NCBI RefSeq assembly: GCF_004010195.1
Contig: NW_025215381.1
Location: 631,418-681,769 of the forward strand
Reading direction: 5' to 3'
DNA length: 50,352 nt
From: Chiloscyllium plagiosum
Lineage: Eukaryota
Of this stretch, positions 1 through 10,449 are shown in pieces. The notes below the pieces were generated by a model. It saw only the letters and a list, made by a program, of their open reading frames with translations, searched no databases and had not been told where the DNA came from. Made by a program: the position numbers and the translations under genes. Positions within the stretch are counted from its first letter, which is position 1, and every line of letters starts with the position of its first letter.

Positions 1-1477
1 CCTGCCTGGCTCCAGATCTGACTGGGAAGCTATCTGATTCCCACCCATTGATTGAGACTGCACTGACAATGTTGGTGTAGAGCAGTCTGATCCAATTGCA
101 GATTCCCTCCCCAAAGCCCATTTTGGAGAGAACATCTCTCATATACCTGTGTCATAACCTATCAAAGGCTTTCTCCTGGTCCAGGCTGATCAGGCAGGTG
201 TCCAACCCTCTGTCCTGCACGTAGGCGATCGTATCCCTGAGGAGCGCGAGACTCTCAGCGATCTTCCTGCCCGGCACAGCACAGGTTTGGTCAGGGTGAA
301 TCACCGACCCCAGAGCAGACCTGACCCAGTTGGCGATTACTTTTGACAGAATTTTGTAATCCGCATTCAACAGTGAGATTGGTCTCCAATTTTTGAGTTC
401 CTCCCTCTCCCCCTTCCGCTTGTAGATGAGGGTGATGATGCCTTTCCTCATGGATTCACTCTGGGTACCTGCCCGAAGCATACTGACATACACCTGCAGC
501 AGGTTCTGGCCAATCAAGTCCCACAGAGCGGAATAGAGCTCGACCGGTAAGCCGTCGCTTCCGGGAGTTTTATTCTTTTCGAAGGACTCGAGGGCCTTGG
601 TCAGCTAGTCCAGAGATAGCGGCTGGTCCAGCCTCTCCCGTGTCCTGTCGTCTAAGACCTCCGTGATGGGGGACAGGAACGACTGGGAGGCCGTGCTGTT
701 GGTCGGCTTCGCGTCATACAGACTGGCATAGAAGGATTTACTGATCCTCATGACGTCAGGCTGAGATGACGTTATCGAGCCATCTTCTTGCTTCAGGCTG
801 CTGAGCACAGAGCTCTCTTTATGCACCTTGTGGAAGAAGAAACGTGAGCACGTCTCGTCCTGCTCCACCGAGCGGACCCTGGACCGGAAGATTATCTTGG
901 AGGCCTCCGAAGTCAAGAGCGAGGCTTTCTGGCCCTTCACCTCCTTGAGGTCCTCCGTGACATCCAACCCCATCGTCTGCAGCAGGAGCAGGTTCTGCAT
1001 ACTTTCCTGGAGCTGGGACAGTTTTCCCCGCCTCTCTCTCGCCTCCTGAACACCTTTGAGGATGAAGAACCTCTTGATGTTCCCTTTTACTGTTTCCCAC
1101 CAGTCCGCTGGGGACTCAAAGAGGGGCTTCACAGTTCTCCAACCTGCGTAGTCCCCTCTTGGGCTCCTCAATGTTTTCTGCTGCTTCAAACGCGCAGCAC
1201 TCCAGCAAAATCTTCTTGACAAACACTGTCTAATCGACTGGTGTACGCTCCTCCACCTTCTTCACAGTCACCCTGACTGGGTTGCGATTGCCCTGGCCTG
1301 GGCTGCGAGCAGCTGCTGAGGCCATAGCTCTGAGGTTGGTTGGTACCTGAATTGGCATTAGGCCAAGCCAGCATGAAGATCCACCAAGAGCAGGTCAGCA
1401 CAACCAAACGAATCTCCAACGTCCTATCACAATCCAGTGATGATGAGTTGTAGCTCCAACGACTCAAACTCGACCCC

Positions 1478-1497
1478 CATGGTATCTCCCCTACCAG
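1478..1497 (-). pseudogene. U1 snRNA 5' fragment (approx. nt 9-28) in the Tx1 5' region
   Basis: Minus strand CTGGTAGGGGAGATACCATG vs recalled U1 CTGGCAGGGGAGATACCATG (19/20). A longer U1 match occupies the equivalent position in the second Tx1 copy. Confidence 0.75.
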
Positions 1498-1554
1498 CAC
1501 ACGTCTGCTGCATCGAACCTGCAGCACTCAAGCAGAATCTCTTCCTCTGGTCCT

Positions 1555-1592
1555 CAGAAACTACACATATTCCGAGCCAAAAGGCCGAGAAG
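1555..1592 (-). pseudogene. U2 snRNA 5' fragment (approx. nt 5-42) at the 5' end of the Tx1 element
   Basis: Minus strand CTTCTCGGCCTTTTGGCTCGGAATATGTGTAGTTTCTG vs recalled U2 CTTCTCGGCCTTTTGGCTAAGATCAAGTGTAGTATCTG: 32/38, first 18 nt exact, includes the branch-point recognition sequence GTAGT. Confidence 0.85.
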
Positions 1593-1678
1593 GGTCACCA
1601 GACCCAAAACTTTAACTTTGATTTCTCTGCACAGATGCTGCCAGACCTGCTGAGTTTTTCCAGTAACTTCTGTTTTTA
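1589..1678 (+). repeat. Short Penelope-derived terminal-repeat remnant (degenerate hammerhead stem II)
   Basis: GAAGGGTCACCAGACCCAAAAC followed by cagatgctgccagacctgctgagtttttccag. A similar tail occurs at ~38275-38355. Confidence 0.5.
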
Positions 1679-2173
1679 TCATTTTACAATACCACTTGCC
1701 ACAAACAAATGTTTTATAATGCCTAAAAGCAAAATGCCTTGGTTGTTATCAATTAATTTTTTCTTGAGGGATAGTATTACTCAACATATCAGCATTCCAG
1801 CCAGTCTGGTATTGAAGGGAAAAAAAAATGAAGGGAAGTTCTTCTCAAGTGGTAAAGCTGGCCTTGAAAAGGCCAATTATCTGCACTCAAGCAGGTAGGG
1901 CTCATGGATGGACAAGCAACCTATCTGCAATATGCTCACCATCTATGCGCTAAAAGCAAAAAGCAGAAAAACAACTGAACAAAATACCAACCTTTCCATC
2001 ACTGCTACCATCAAACCACCCACTTTCCAGAGGTGTAATGATTCATCTTACATGGGCTATTCATTATCATGTCAAAAAGGTCCATGATTTATTCCACTTT
2101 GACCAGCAACATGTAATGGTTGCAATGGGCTGAGGTTCGAGCAGCACGATTAGGAATTCAAACTGATTGTGGT

Positions 2174-2251
2174 TCACAATGGGGATCCTGCTGCCTTTTC
2201 TGCCAAGGGCTCAGGCTTTGAATCTTCAGTTTCTGTGGGGATTTGTGCAAA
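2174..2251 (-). other. Candidate terminal exon of an unidentified host gene
   Basis: Non-repeat sequence. A long pyrimidine-rich tract ends in ctgactAG. The phase-0 reading is FAQIPTETEDSKPEPLAEKAAGSPL*, and AATAAA lies at 2093-2088. Protein not recognised. Confidence 0.25.
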
Positions 2252-2879
2252 CTAGTCAGAGGTGACAAGAATGTGATTATTTGCAGCCAGGTTGCTCGTG
2301 GGGAGGGGAAAGGAAGCACAGAATACATCAGAAAAAGAAAAACCTATCTCAATAAACATTCTTTACAAATTTCCTTCAAAGATAAGATGTGCATGACAAA
2401 AAAAAAGGTTCTGTAAGAAAGTTCACAGATCAAAGGAAATCACTAAGTTCATAAATTCGGACACAGAAAACCAAGCCTTACATATGGGAGAAAATATCAT
2501 TAATAAAACTGATTACTGAGAGAAGACCAGAAAGCGAAAACTCAACACTTCAAAATCTCTGTCCCAAAAACCAAATTGGTCTCTCTGGATGCCATCAGAC
2601 CTGCTCAGCTTCTAGCTCCTTGCACTGTCACTCTTAATTCACTCTTACTTTGTTTGCATATCACTAAATCTAAGCCCTCTTGTTCTTTTTATTCCTTACA
2701 AACAGAAACAAGTTCTCCCATCTAATGAGACTGCTTTTATGATTTTGAAATTTATCAGATTTCCTCTCAGTCTTCAATCCAAGCAGAAATGCTGGCAGAT
2801 GGGACTAGATTGGGTTGGGATATCTGGTCGGCATGGACGAAGGGCTGTTTCCATGCTGTACATCTCTATGACTCTACTT

Positions 2880-4195
2880 GAATCTATTCTCAATTGAGGT
2901 CTCACATTGTTGGAACCATTCTTGTGAACTGCTTCTACATTCATACCTCTCAACTTGCCTCAAACGTTGCTACTGTAGCCACCTGAGCCTCTGGCAGCAC
3001 ATTTCCTTCAAACTTATTCCCTTTTATTAATGGATCTTTCTACCCTGAAAAAAAGATTCTGAATATTCATAACTCTCAATTTTGAAAACTTCATCCTTTG
3101 ACCTTCAAGTAAAAACAAACTAAGTTTATGCAATCGCTCCTCATATCTAATACACCCCCCCCCCATGCTGATAAACCATTTTTGTACCCTCTCCAAACCC
3201 TCCACATTATCTTCTGGTTGCACAGCAAACAGAACTGTACACAATATTCCAAATGTGGCCCAAAGTTCTACATAGCTACAAAACAATTTGCCAATTAGTA
3301 TCCTCTCTGCCCTGCTCAATGAAACATGCCATATTCCTTCTGGACATTATCCGCTTGTGTTGCCACTTTCAGGTAACTGCAGACCTGTATTCCTTAATGC
3401 TCCATATGTTAATGCTACTAAGAGTTCTGCCATTTACTGTATACTTCCCTTCTCCATCAGATCTCCCAAAATGCATCACATCGCATTTATCCAAATTAAA
3501 CTCCATTTGCCAAATCTCTACCCAAGTCGAGCCTACATTCTATTGTTACCTCTGGCAATCCTCCTCACCATCTTCAGCTCCTCCAGTGTTTGTGTCATCC
3601 ACAAGCTTACTAATCAGGACACCTACATTCTTCTCTATATATTAGAAACAGCAAGGGGATCAGCACTGACCACTGGTCACAGATCTCCAATCTGAAAAAC
3701 CACATTCCACCACTTCACTAAGCCAGTTCTGTATCCATCTTACCAGTTCACCATAGATCCCATGTGACTTCACCTTTTATAAAAGCCTGCCATGAGGAAT
3801 AGTATCAAAGGCCATGCTGAAGTCCACATAGGCAACATCTTCTGCTTTGCTCACAATCATCTTAAAAACTCATTCAAGTTTGGAGAGACACACAAAACCA
3901 CACTGTCTATTACTAAGTCCATGTCTTTCCCAATATGAGCAAACCTTATCGCTCAGAATCCTCTCCAATAATTTCCCAACCACTGACACCAGGCTCACTG
4001 GCCTGGAATTTCTCAGATTGTCCCTGTTGCCCTTCTTCGACAAAGGAACAATGATAGTTATTTTCCAGTCCTCTGGGACTTCACCTGTGACGAAAGAGAA
4101 AACAAAAATGTTATACAAGGCTCCAACAGTTTCCTCAGATGGCTTCCTCAGCATTCTGGAGATAAATCCCAGCAAATCCCTGGGACTTGTTAGAT
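2880..4195 (-). mobile_element. Decayed CR1/HER1-type LINE ORF2 fragment(s)
   Basis: ORF 3870-4175 (TGEVPEDWK...RPVSLVSVVGKLLE) and ORF 3014-3319 (LERVQKWF, YEERLHKLSLF). A short plus-strand CR1 3' end lies at ~2785-2875. Confidence 0.85.
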
Positions 4196-4784
4196 AAGGG
4201 AGTACAATTCAACATCACCTCCCTCCTGATAGTAATGGGGTATACTTGACACTCCATTAATAAAGCTAAGGACACCATATAGTGTATAAACTGTACTCAC
4301 CACTTGTCCTGACACCTTCAATAATCCAGCCCCTCTGCTTTTGCACTCCCTTTATAATTGTGCTTTCTATATTGTATTGTATTTCAAAGTTCATCCAACC
4401 AAAGAGCATCTCTGCATTGAACCTCATCTATCACCTATCTGCCCACTCCTGCAATTTGCCAGTGTTCTTTTGGAATTCCACAAAAAGCAAATTAGTGTAA
4501 CTGTGCACATATTGGGAAGCAGAGAAACAGCAAGTGACATTTTTCCAGCTGAGGGTACAGGAAAGATCATTTCTCACCTTTTTTTGGTGTATCTAAGATT
4601 TGAGGTCAACTACCACCATTACACGTGGGAACACCACCCACCTTGAACATGGCAGGTACTCATGTGATTCAGCCAACATTGTCTTATCTTATACGTTGCA
4701 GGCAAGGATGCCCGGAGGCATGGTACATTGGGGAAACCGAGCAAAGGCTACGACAACGGATGAATGGGCACCACACAACAATCA

Positions 4785-5065
4785 GGGCGGCACAGTGGCA
4801 CAGTGGTTAGCACTGCTGCCTCACAGCGCCAGAGACCTGGGTTCAATTCCTGCCTCAGGCGACTGACTGTGGAGTTTACACATTCTCCCCGTGTCTGCGT
4901 GGGTTTCCTCCGGGTGCTCCAGTTTCCTCCCACAGTCCAAAGATGTGCAAGTCAGGTGAACTGGCCATGCTAATTTGCCCGTAGTGTTAGGTTAGGGGTA
5001 TGGGTGGGTCAGTGTGGACTTGTTGGGCCGAAGGGCCTGTTTCCACACTGTAAGTAATCTAATCT
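4785..5065 (+). mobile_element. HE1-type tRNA-derived SINE (V-SINE), near full length
   Basis: A-box-like GGCACAGTGGTTAGCACTG, B-box GGTTCAATTCC, core TGTGGAGTTT...GGTTTCCTCCGGGTGCTCC, CR1-like tail and (AATCT)n; flanked by AATCA on both sides. Confidence 0.92.
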
Positions 5066-5700
5066 AATCAACAGACAGGAGGGTTCCATCCCTGTTGGGG
5101 AACACTTCAGTGGTCCAGGACATTCAGCCTCGGATCTTTGGGTGACCATCCTCCATGGTGGACTTCGGGACAGGCAGCAGAGGGAAGTGGCCGAACAGAG
5201 ACTGATAGCTAAGTTCGGTACCCATAGGGAGGTACCTCAACCGGGACCTTGGGTTCATGTCACATTACAGGTGACCACCGCGCGCGCACACACACACACA
5301 CACAGTCAGACAAAGACCCACATGCACACATATTTTGTGTGTGAATTTGTACTTGCAGAGTTACATTGCACTTTGCTCAAAAGCTGCATACATTCACGTA
5401 GAACTCTGTTATCTCATTTTTTAGATTAGAATCAATCTAAACATCAGGTCATAGACAGAGAACACAGGGGGCTAACACCTTCAACTAATTGTCTGGCTAT
5501 CACCATTGTTAACAGCTAACCCGAGAATGCAACTTTAAAAAAAGGGTTTTGTGATTTACACATGAAAGAAGTGAAACTATCACTGTATTCTAACAGATGA
5601 AAGGCTTAACAGACAATCAATTTTTCAATGTATAATTTCAGTTACATCACACTGCAAATTTTTGCTATAAATTCTGTGTTACGATTGAGCCTTCCACAAT

Positions 5701-5735
5701 CACCTGATGAAGGAGCGTCGCTCCGAAAGCTAGTG
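5701..5735 (+). ncRNA. Minimal type I hammerhead ribozyme motif in the Penelope terminal repeat
   Basis: CAC-CTGATGA-A-GGAGC(GTC)GCTCC-GAAA-GCTA-GTG: intact core, 5-bp stem II, 3-bp stem I (CAC/GTG), palindromic AGCT in place of stem III. Confidence 0.7.
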
Positions 5736-6764
5736 TGCTTCCAATTAAACCTGTTGGACTATAACCTGGTGTTGTGTGATTTTTAACAATTGCTCAGTCA
5801 CCTTTATAGTCACCAATCTTTCTAGTAATACCTTATTGATCAAATAGAATTTTCAACTGGTAGGTCACACCTATCATAACATTGCTGCACTCTTCCAGTA
5901 TTTATACACACTTGTGCTTTTGGGCACAACCATGAAATAAAAAAAATCTACATCATGGTCACAATCTCTGCAAATCCACAGCAAGACTGACAGACAAAAA
6001 CAAATCAATTTGCTGTACAATATTTATTAATAAACATTGCATGGAGGAAATAATTACATCAGTGATGTGTTGCTGCTAGAAGGTGAGAACAGAGAAACAC
6101 TTTGCCTGAACAGTGTCAGCATAAGGGAATGAAATTAGTTTGAGATTATGTAATAAAACAGAAAATATCAATAAACAGGTCAATCAATAGCTTGAGAGAG
6201 AAAAGACAGGTTAGGGTTCTGGACACGGTTCCTTGGTCAGATCAGAGTACTGACAAGACAATTGCCTATATCCAAATGTGAAGCCATTTATTCCTTACAG
6301 ATGCTAATGGAGCCTTGTCTTCAAGAACAACTTTGAGGGAAAAAAAATTCAACTACAGAAACTGAAGTAAGTATGAGATTCAGTCAACACAACAGACACA
6401 TCAACAGAGTTAGATACACCAGGACAGAGGTGACTGGTGACATACAGAAGATCAGTTACAAGGTAGAAGGGAGTAAAGATGGTGTTGCTAAGACTAAATG
6501 GGCAGTCAGGACAGGGCAGAGGGTCCAATTCCACATGGACAAAAATGAATGCTCCTCATCCCTCCTTCTCTCATGAGCTCCAATTACCTCCTTAAACATG
6601 GTGTGCAAAGGCTGAAGCCACTCTAGGCCCCTTCCAGAATGTCTGTACCCATAATCAAGTCCAGTCTCTTCCCCAGCTACTGCCGGCAACAGGACGAGGC
6701 AGCTTGCAAATTTAATGATGCCAAGAACTTAAAAACTAGGAGCAAGCGTTAGTTATACAGCCAT

Positions 6765-7890
6765 AGGGTCAAGAGTCAGATTCATACAGCATGGGAAACA
6801 AACCATTTAGTCCAATTCGCCCACACCAACCAGATATCCCAAATAAATCCAGTCCCATTTGCCAGCATTTATCCCATATCCCTCCAAACCCTTCCTAATC
6901 ATATACCCATCCAAATGCCACTTAAATGTTGCAGTTGTACCAGCCTCCACCACTTCCTCTGGCAGCTCATTCCATACACGTACCACCCTCTGCGTGAAAA
7001 CACTGCTTCTTACATCCCTTTGAAATCTTTCCCCTCTCACCTTAAACATATGCTCTCCAGTTTTGGACTCAGCCACCCCAGAGTAAAGACCTTGCCTATT
7101 TAACCTTTCCATGCCCCTCCTGGTTTGATAAACCTCTATAAAATCACTCCTTAGCCTCTGATGCTCTCAGCAAAAATAGCCCCAGCCTTTCCCTATATCT
7201 CAACCTCACCAACCCTGGCAACATCTTTGTAAAGCTTTTCTGAACCTTTTCAAATTTCACAACATCCTTCTGATAGGAGGGAGATCAGAATTGAACACAG
7301 TATTCCAATGTCCTGTACAGCATGAGCTCCCAACTCCTTCAATGCACTGATCAATAAAAGCAAGCATCCCAAATGTCTTTTTCACTATCCTATCTATCTA
7401 TCTAACTGCAACTCTATGTTCAATGGGTTATGAACTTGCACTCCAAGATCTCTTTGAACAGCAACACTCCACAGGACCTTGTGATGAAGTATATAATCTT
7501 GCCCTGATTTGCCTTTCCAAAATGCAGCACTTCACATTTATCTAAATCAAACTCCATCTGCTATTCCTCACCCATTAGCCCATCTGATCAAGATTCTGTT
7601 GTACTCGGGGGTAACCTTCTTCACTGTCCACTACACCTCCAACTTTGGTATCATCTGATAATAGGTATATCTCCTATTTTAACATCCACATCGCTTACAT
7701 AAATGACAAAAAGCTGCGGACCCAGCACTGATCACTGTGGCACAGGCCTCCAATGTGAAAAGCAACCCTCCACCACCACCCTCTGTCTTCTACCTTGAGC
7801 CAGTTCTGTATCCAAACAGCGAGTTCTTCCTGTATTCCAAGTGCTCTAACTTTGCTGTCATGAGGAACCTTATTGAATGCCTTCTGAAAC
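6765..7890 (-). mobile_element. CR1/HER1-type LINE 3' fragment
   Basis: ORF 6807-7112 (FTQRVVRVWNELPEEVVEAG) and KAFNKVPH in ORF 7695-7907. Confidence 0.88.
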
Positions 7891-8530
7891 CCTTGGAATA
7901 TAATCAATAAAGGTAGTTTGGAGAATCATTGACAGAGCATGCATGCCTCAAAATGCATTTTTTTTGAGAGATGTAAACAAATTGCATTTTAAATATTGTA
8001 AACTGGGGTGGCTAATTGGCTGAGGAAAAGCTTTATAAACAGGTGATGCTGGTAACCTGGGAAAGTTTCTTTCTCCAAAATGACTTTAGGAACGCCGATG
8101 GGTTTTCATGACAATAGTCACTGTGACTGAGATTAGTTTTCAGTTCCAAAATGTTCTTAGCTCATTTTAAATTCCCTGAATTGCTGTGATGGGAGCCGAA
8201 CCAGTGCACTCAGTGAAACGATTGCCACTGTCTCCCCTTGACACAGCATCATACATGACTAGCCACATACACTACCAAGGTGCTAATCTGATAACTGGCC
8301 TATGCCAGGTTAATTAACCTCAGTCAGAGCAGCAATAGAAATGGTCCAGTCAGCTTCCAAATTTCTGAGGATGCTGGAGGAGATAGGATCTCTGGCTGAT
8401 TCTATCCAACAGTGATCTAGTGTCCCCTCCTGAAAGGTGCACAAAAATTGGTTAGGCCCCAGCTACAACACCAAGGCCAAGCTGGGCATAGGAAGGATGT
8501 CAAAGTCTTGGAGAGGGTCCAGTGAAGATT

Positions 8531-8680
8531 CGACGTTTCGGGCATGAGCCCTTCTTCAGGAAGAAGGGCTCATGCCCGAAACATCGATTCTCCTCCTCCT
8601 TGGATGCTGCCTGACCTGCTGCGCTTTTCCAGCAACACATTTTCAGCTCTGATCTTCAGCAGCTGTTGTCCTCACTTCCT
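8531..8680. mobile_element. Short palindromic hammerhead-motif element inserted into a CR1 fragment
   Basis: Inverted repeat cgacgtttcgggcatgagcccttctt...aagaagggctcatgcccgaaacatcg. TSD tccagtgaa(g/a)att at 8518-8530 and 8681-8693. Confidence 0.75.
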
Positions 8681-9149
8681 TCCAGTGAAAATTGACTGGA
8701 ATAGAACCAGGGATGATTGCTTCAATTATGTAGTGAGACTGGAGAAGCTGGGATTGGTCTCTTTATACCAGAGAAAGAAAATTTGGTGAAATTTGACAGA
8801 CATGCTTTAAGGCAGGAAGGATTTTGAGAGCAAATAAAACATGCTAGTAATTAGAGAACATAGAAACAAAAAAAATTGACAAAAAGGGGAAAGGAGGTAA
8901 CAATTGATTTAGCAAGTTACAATCTACAACATAGTGAAACAGTAGTCACTTTCAAATAGCAATAAAATATTTGCAAAATGGAAAATTTGAAATGAAACAT
9001 TTGCAAAATTGAAAAACAAAACTCTTTAGCAAGCTCTTCAGGGTCAGAGCTACAAAGGGCAAAAAGTCCTATTTCTGTACCGGATGATTCTCTACGTGCA
9101 GGTACATAGAAAACACAACGAAATCTCTCTTAGAAAAATAGGCAATTGC

Positions 9150-9415
9150 AGGGTAGCACTGCTGTCTCACAGCACCAGGGTCCCAGATTCAATTCCAGCC
9201 TCGAGCAACTGTCTGTGTGGCGTTTCCTCCAGGTGCTCCGGTTTCCTCCCACAGTCCAAAGATGTGCAGGGCAGGGTGAATTGGCCATACTAAGTTACCC
9301 ATAGTGTTTGGTGCATTAGTCAGAGGGAAATGGGTCTGGGTGGGTTACTCTTCAGAGGGTCAGTGTGGACTTGTTGGGCCGAAAGGCCTGTTTGCACACT
9401 GTAGGGAATCTAATC
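9150..9415 (+). mobile_element. HE1-type SINE
   Basis: Same core and tail as 4785-5065. Confidence 0.88.
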
Positions 9416-10449
9416 TTCCTCCCATTACTTTCTGCACCCTCTTTCCCCTATTCAGACTATTCAGATCATATGGAACAGTTACTTGAGCATGAGGCTTCAG
9501 CACTGCTGATAAGCATGCAACTATTAATCCATACAGGTCAGTCTTATGGGGATCATATGCGGAGACTGCAGCAATGACACCTTCACCAATCGCATTCCTT
9601 TCTTGGGAGGAGCAACACAAGGAGGACACTGTTGAAAATGATTATAAACAAACTGAATGTGCTTTTGTTATGTCCTCCATCAAACAATGTAAACTGATAA
9701 TTTTAAAGAAATTGGTTGGGTTGCTGTGCCCGACAGTATCAGGAAGTTGAACTTTAACACCACACAGTCAAATCAACAGGACCACCCTGAGTTAACATAT
9801 TTTGACATCCCCTGCTCCACACTGAATTTTGCCCAACAGTGAATCATAGGCTGAGCAACTCATGCGACTCATGCTCACACTCAATTTTATGCACAACACA
9901 TTCCCAACTGCACCAGACAAGTGAGAAAAGCTTTAAATATTCACTCCTCTCGCCTAGCCCAAAGCTTCAAGACAACACTCACTATTCTTAATGTAACAAT
10001 GCCATGCCTTTTGAGAGGTGCTTTGTTTCATTTTAAAAGAGGTTTTAAGCTATAGGCGCTGAGCTGTTTCTTCCTGGTCAATAAAGTAAATGGCTTGAGA
10101 AGCCCTTTTTTTAAATAGAAACTTAGAACAGTAGAAGCAGCACATATGGGTGGAATCAGGCTCCCACAGAACCAGAGCTTCACTTTATCTTTCATCAGTT
10201 GTTGGGTTTTTGAAGCTGATTATAGAAACTACATCTGTCTCACATGTGATTCTTGCAGGGGAGAGAGAACGAGACAGCGAGACAGCGAGACAGCGAGAGC
10301 ATCTATTTTACTGACACTGCCTTTGCCAAGGGTCTGTCTATCAGAGTTACTATATTGGCTCAGTTGCTATTTTGTAGTTAAGGGTTGAAGGGCAAATCCA
10401 TTGTCGCCAAAAGCCGGATGGGAATCTGTCTAAACATAGCCCAAGCATT

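Larger units (their letters stand above)
1..1592 (-). mobile_element. Tx1-clade non-LTR retrotransposon, internally deleted, running off the window edge (snRNA-derived head, 5'UTR, ORF1 N-terminus, ORF2 linker/RT)
   Basis: ORFs 605-1222 and 152-517 give the ORF2 linker (WWETVKGNIKRFF, TCSRFFF) and RT motifs (KNWRPISLLNADYKILSK, IHPDQTCAVPGR, LISLDQEKAFDR). The ATG at 1325-1323 starts MASAAARSPGQGNRNPVRVTVKKVEERTPVD*TVFVKKILLECCAFEAA, resembling Tx1/ZCCHC3-like ORF1. Stops and frameshifts are present. Confidence 0.9.
4612..5787 (+). mobile_element. Penelope-like element 3' part (GIY-YIG endonuclease plus terminal repeat), interrupted by an HE1 SINE
   Basis: YSCDSANIV-YLIRCRQGCPEAWYIGETEQRLRQRMNGHHTTI resumes after the SINE as ...PVGEHFSGPGHSASDLWVTILHGGLRDRQQREVAEQRLIAKFGTH. 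(CG)n(CA)n at ~5280-5303; hammerhead motif at 5701-5735. Confidence 0.88.

Noticed and set aside
1555..1592. Functional U2 snRNA gene
   Set aside because: Only a 38-nt 5' fragment with substitutions; the remainder is absent from the window.
4785..4860. tRNA genes suggested by A/B boxes
   Set aside because: These are HE1 SINE heads continuing into the SINE core and tail.
10268..10300. (GAGACAGC)3 tandem repeat
   Set aside because: Ordinary short tandem expansion with no further structure.
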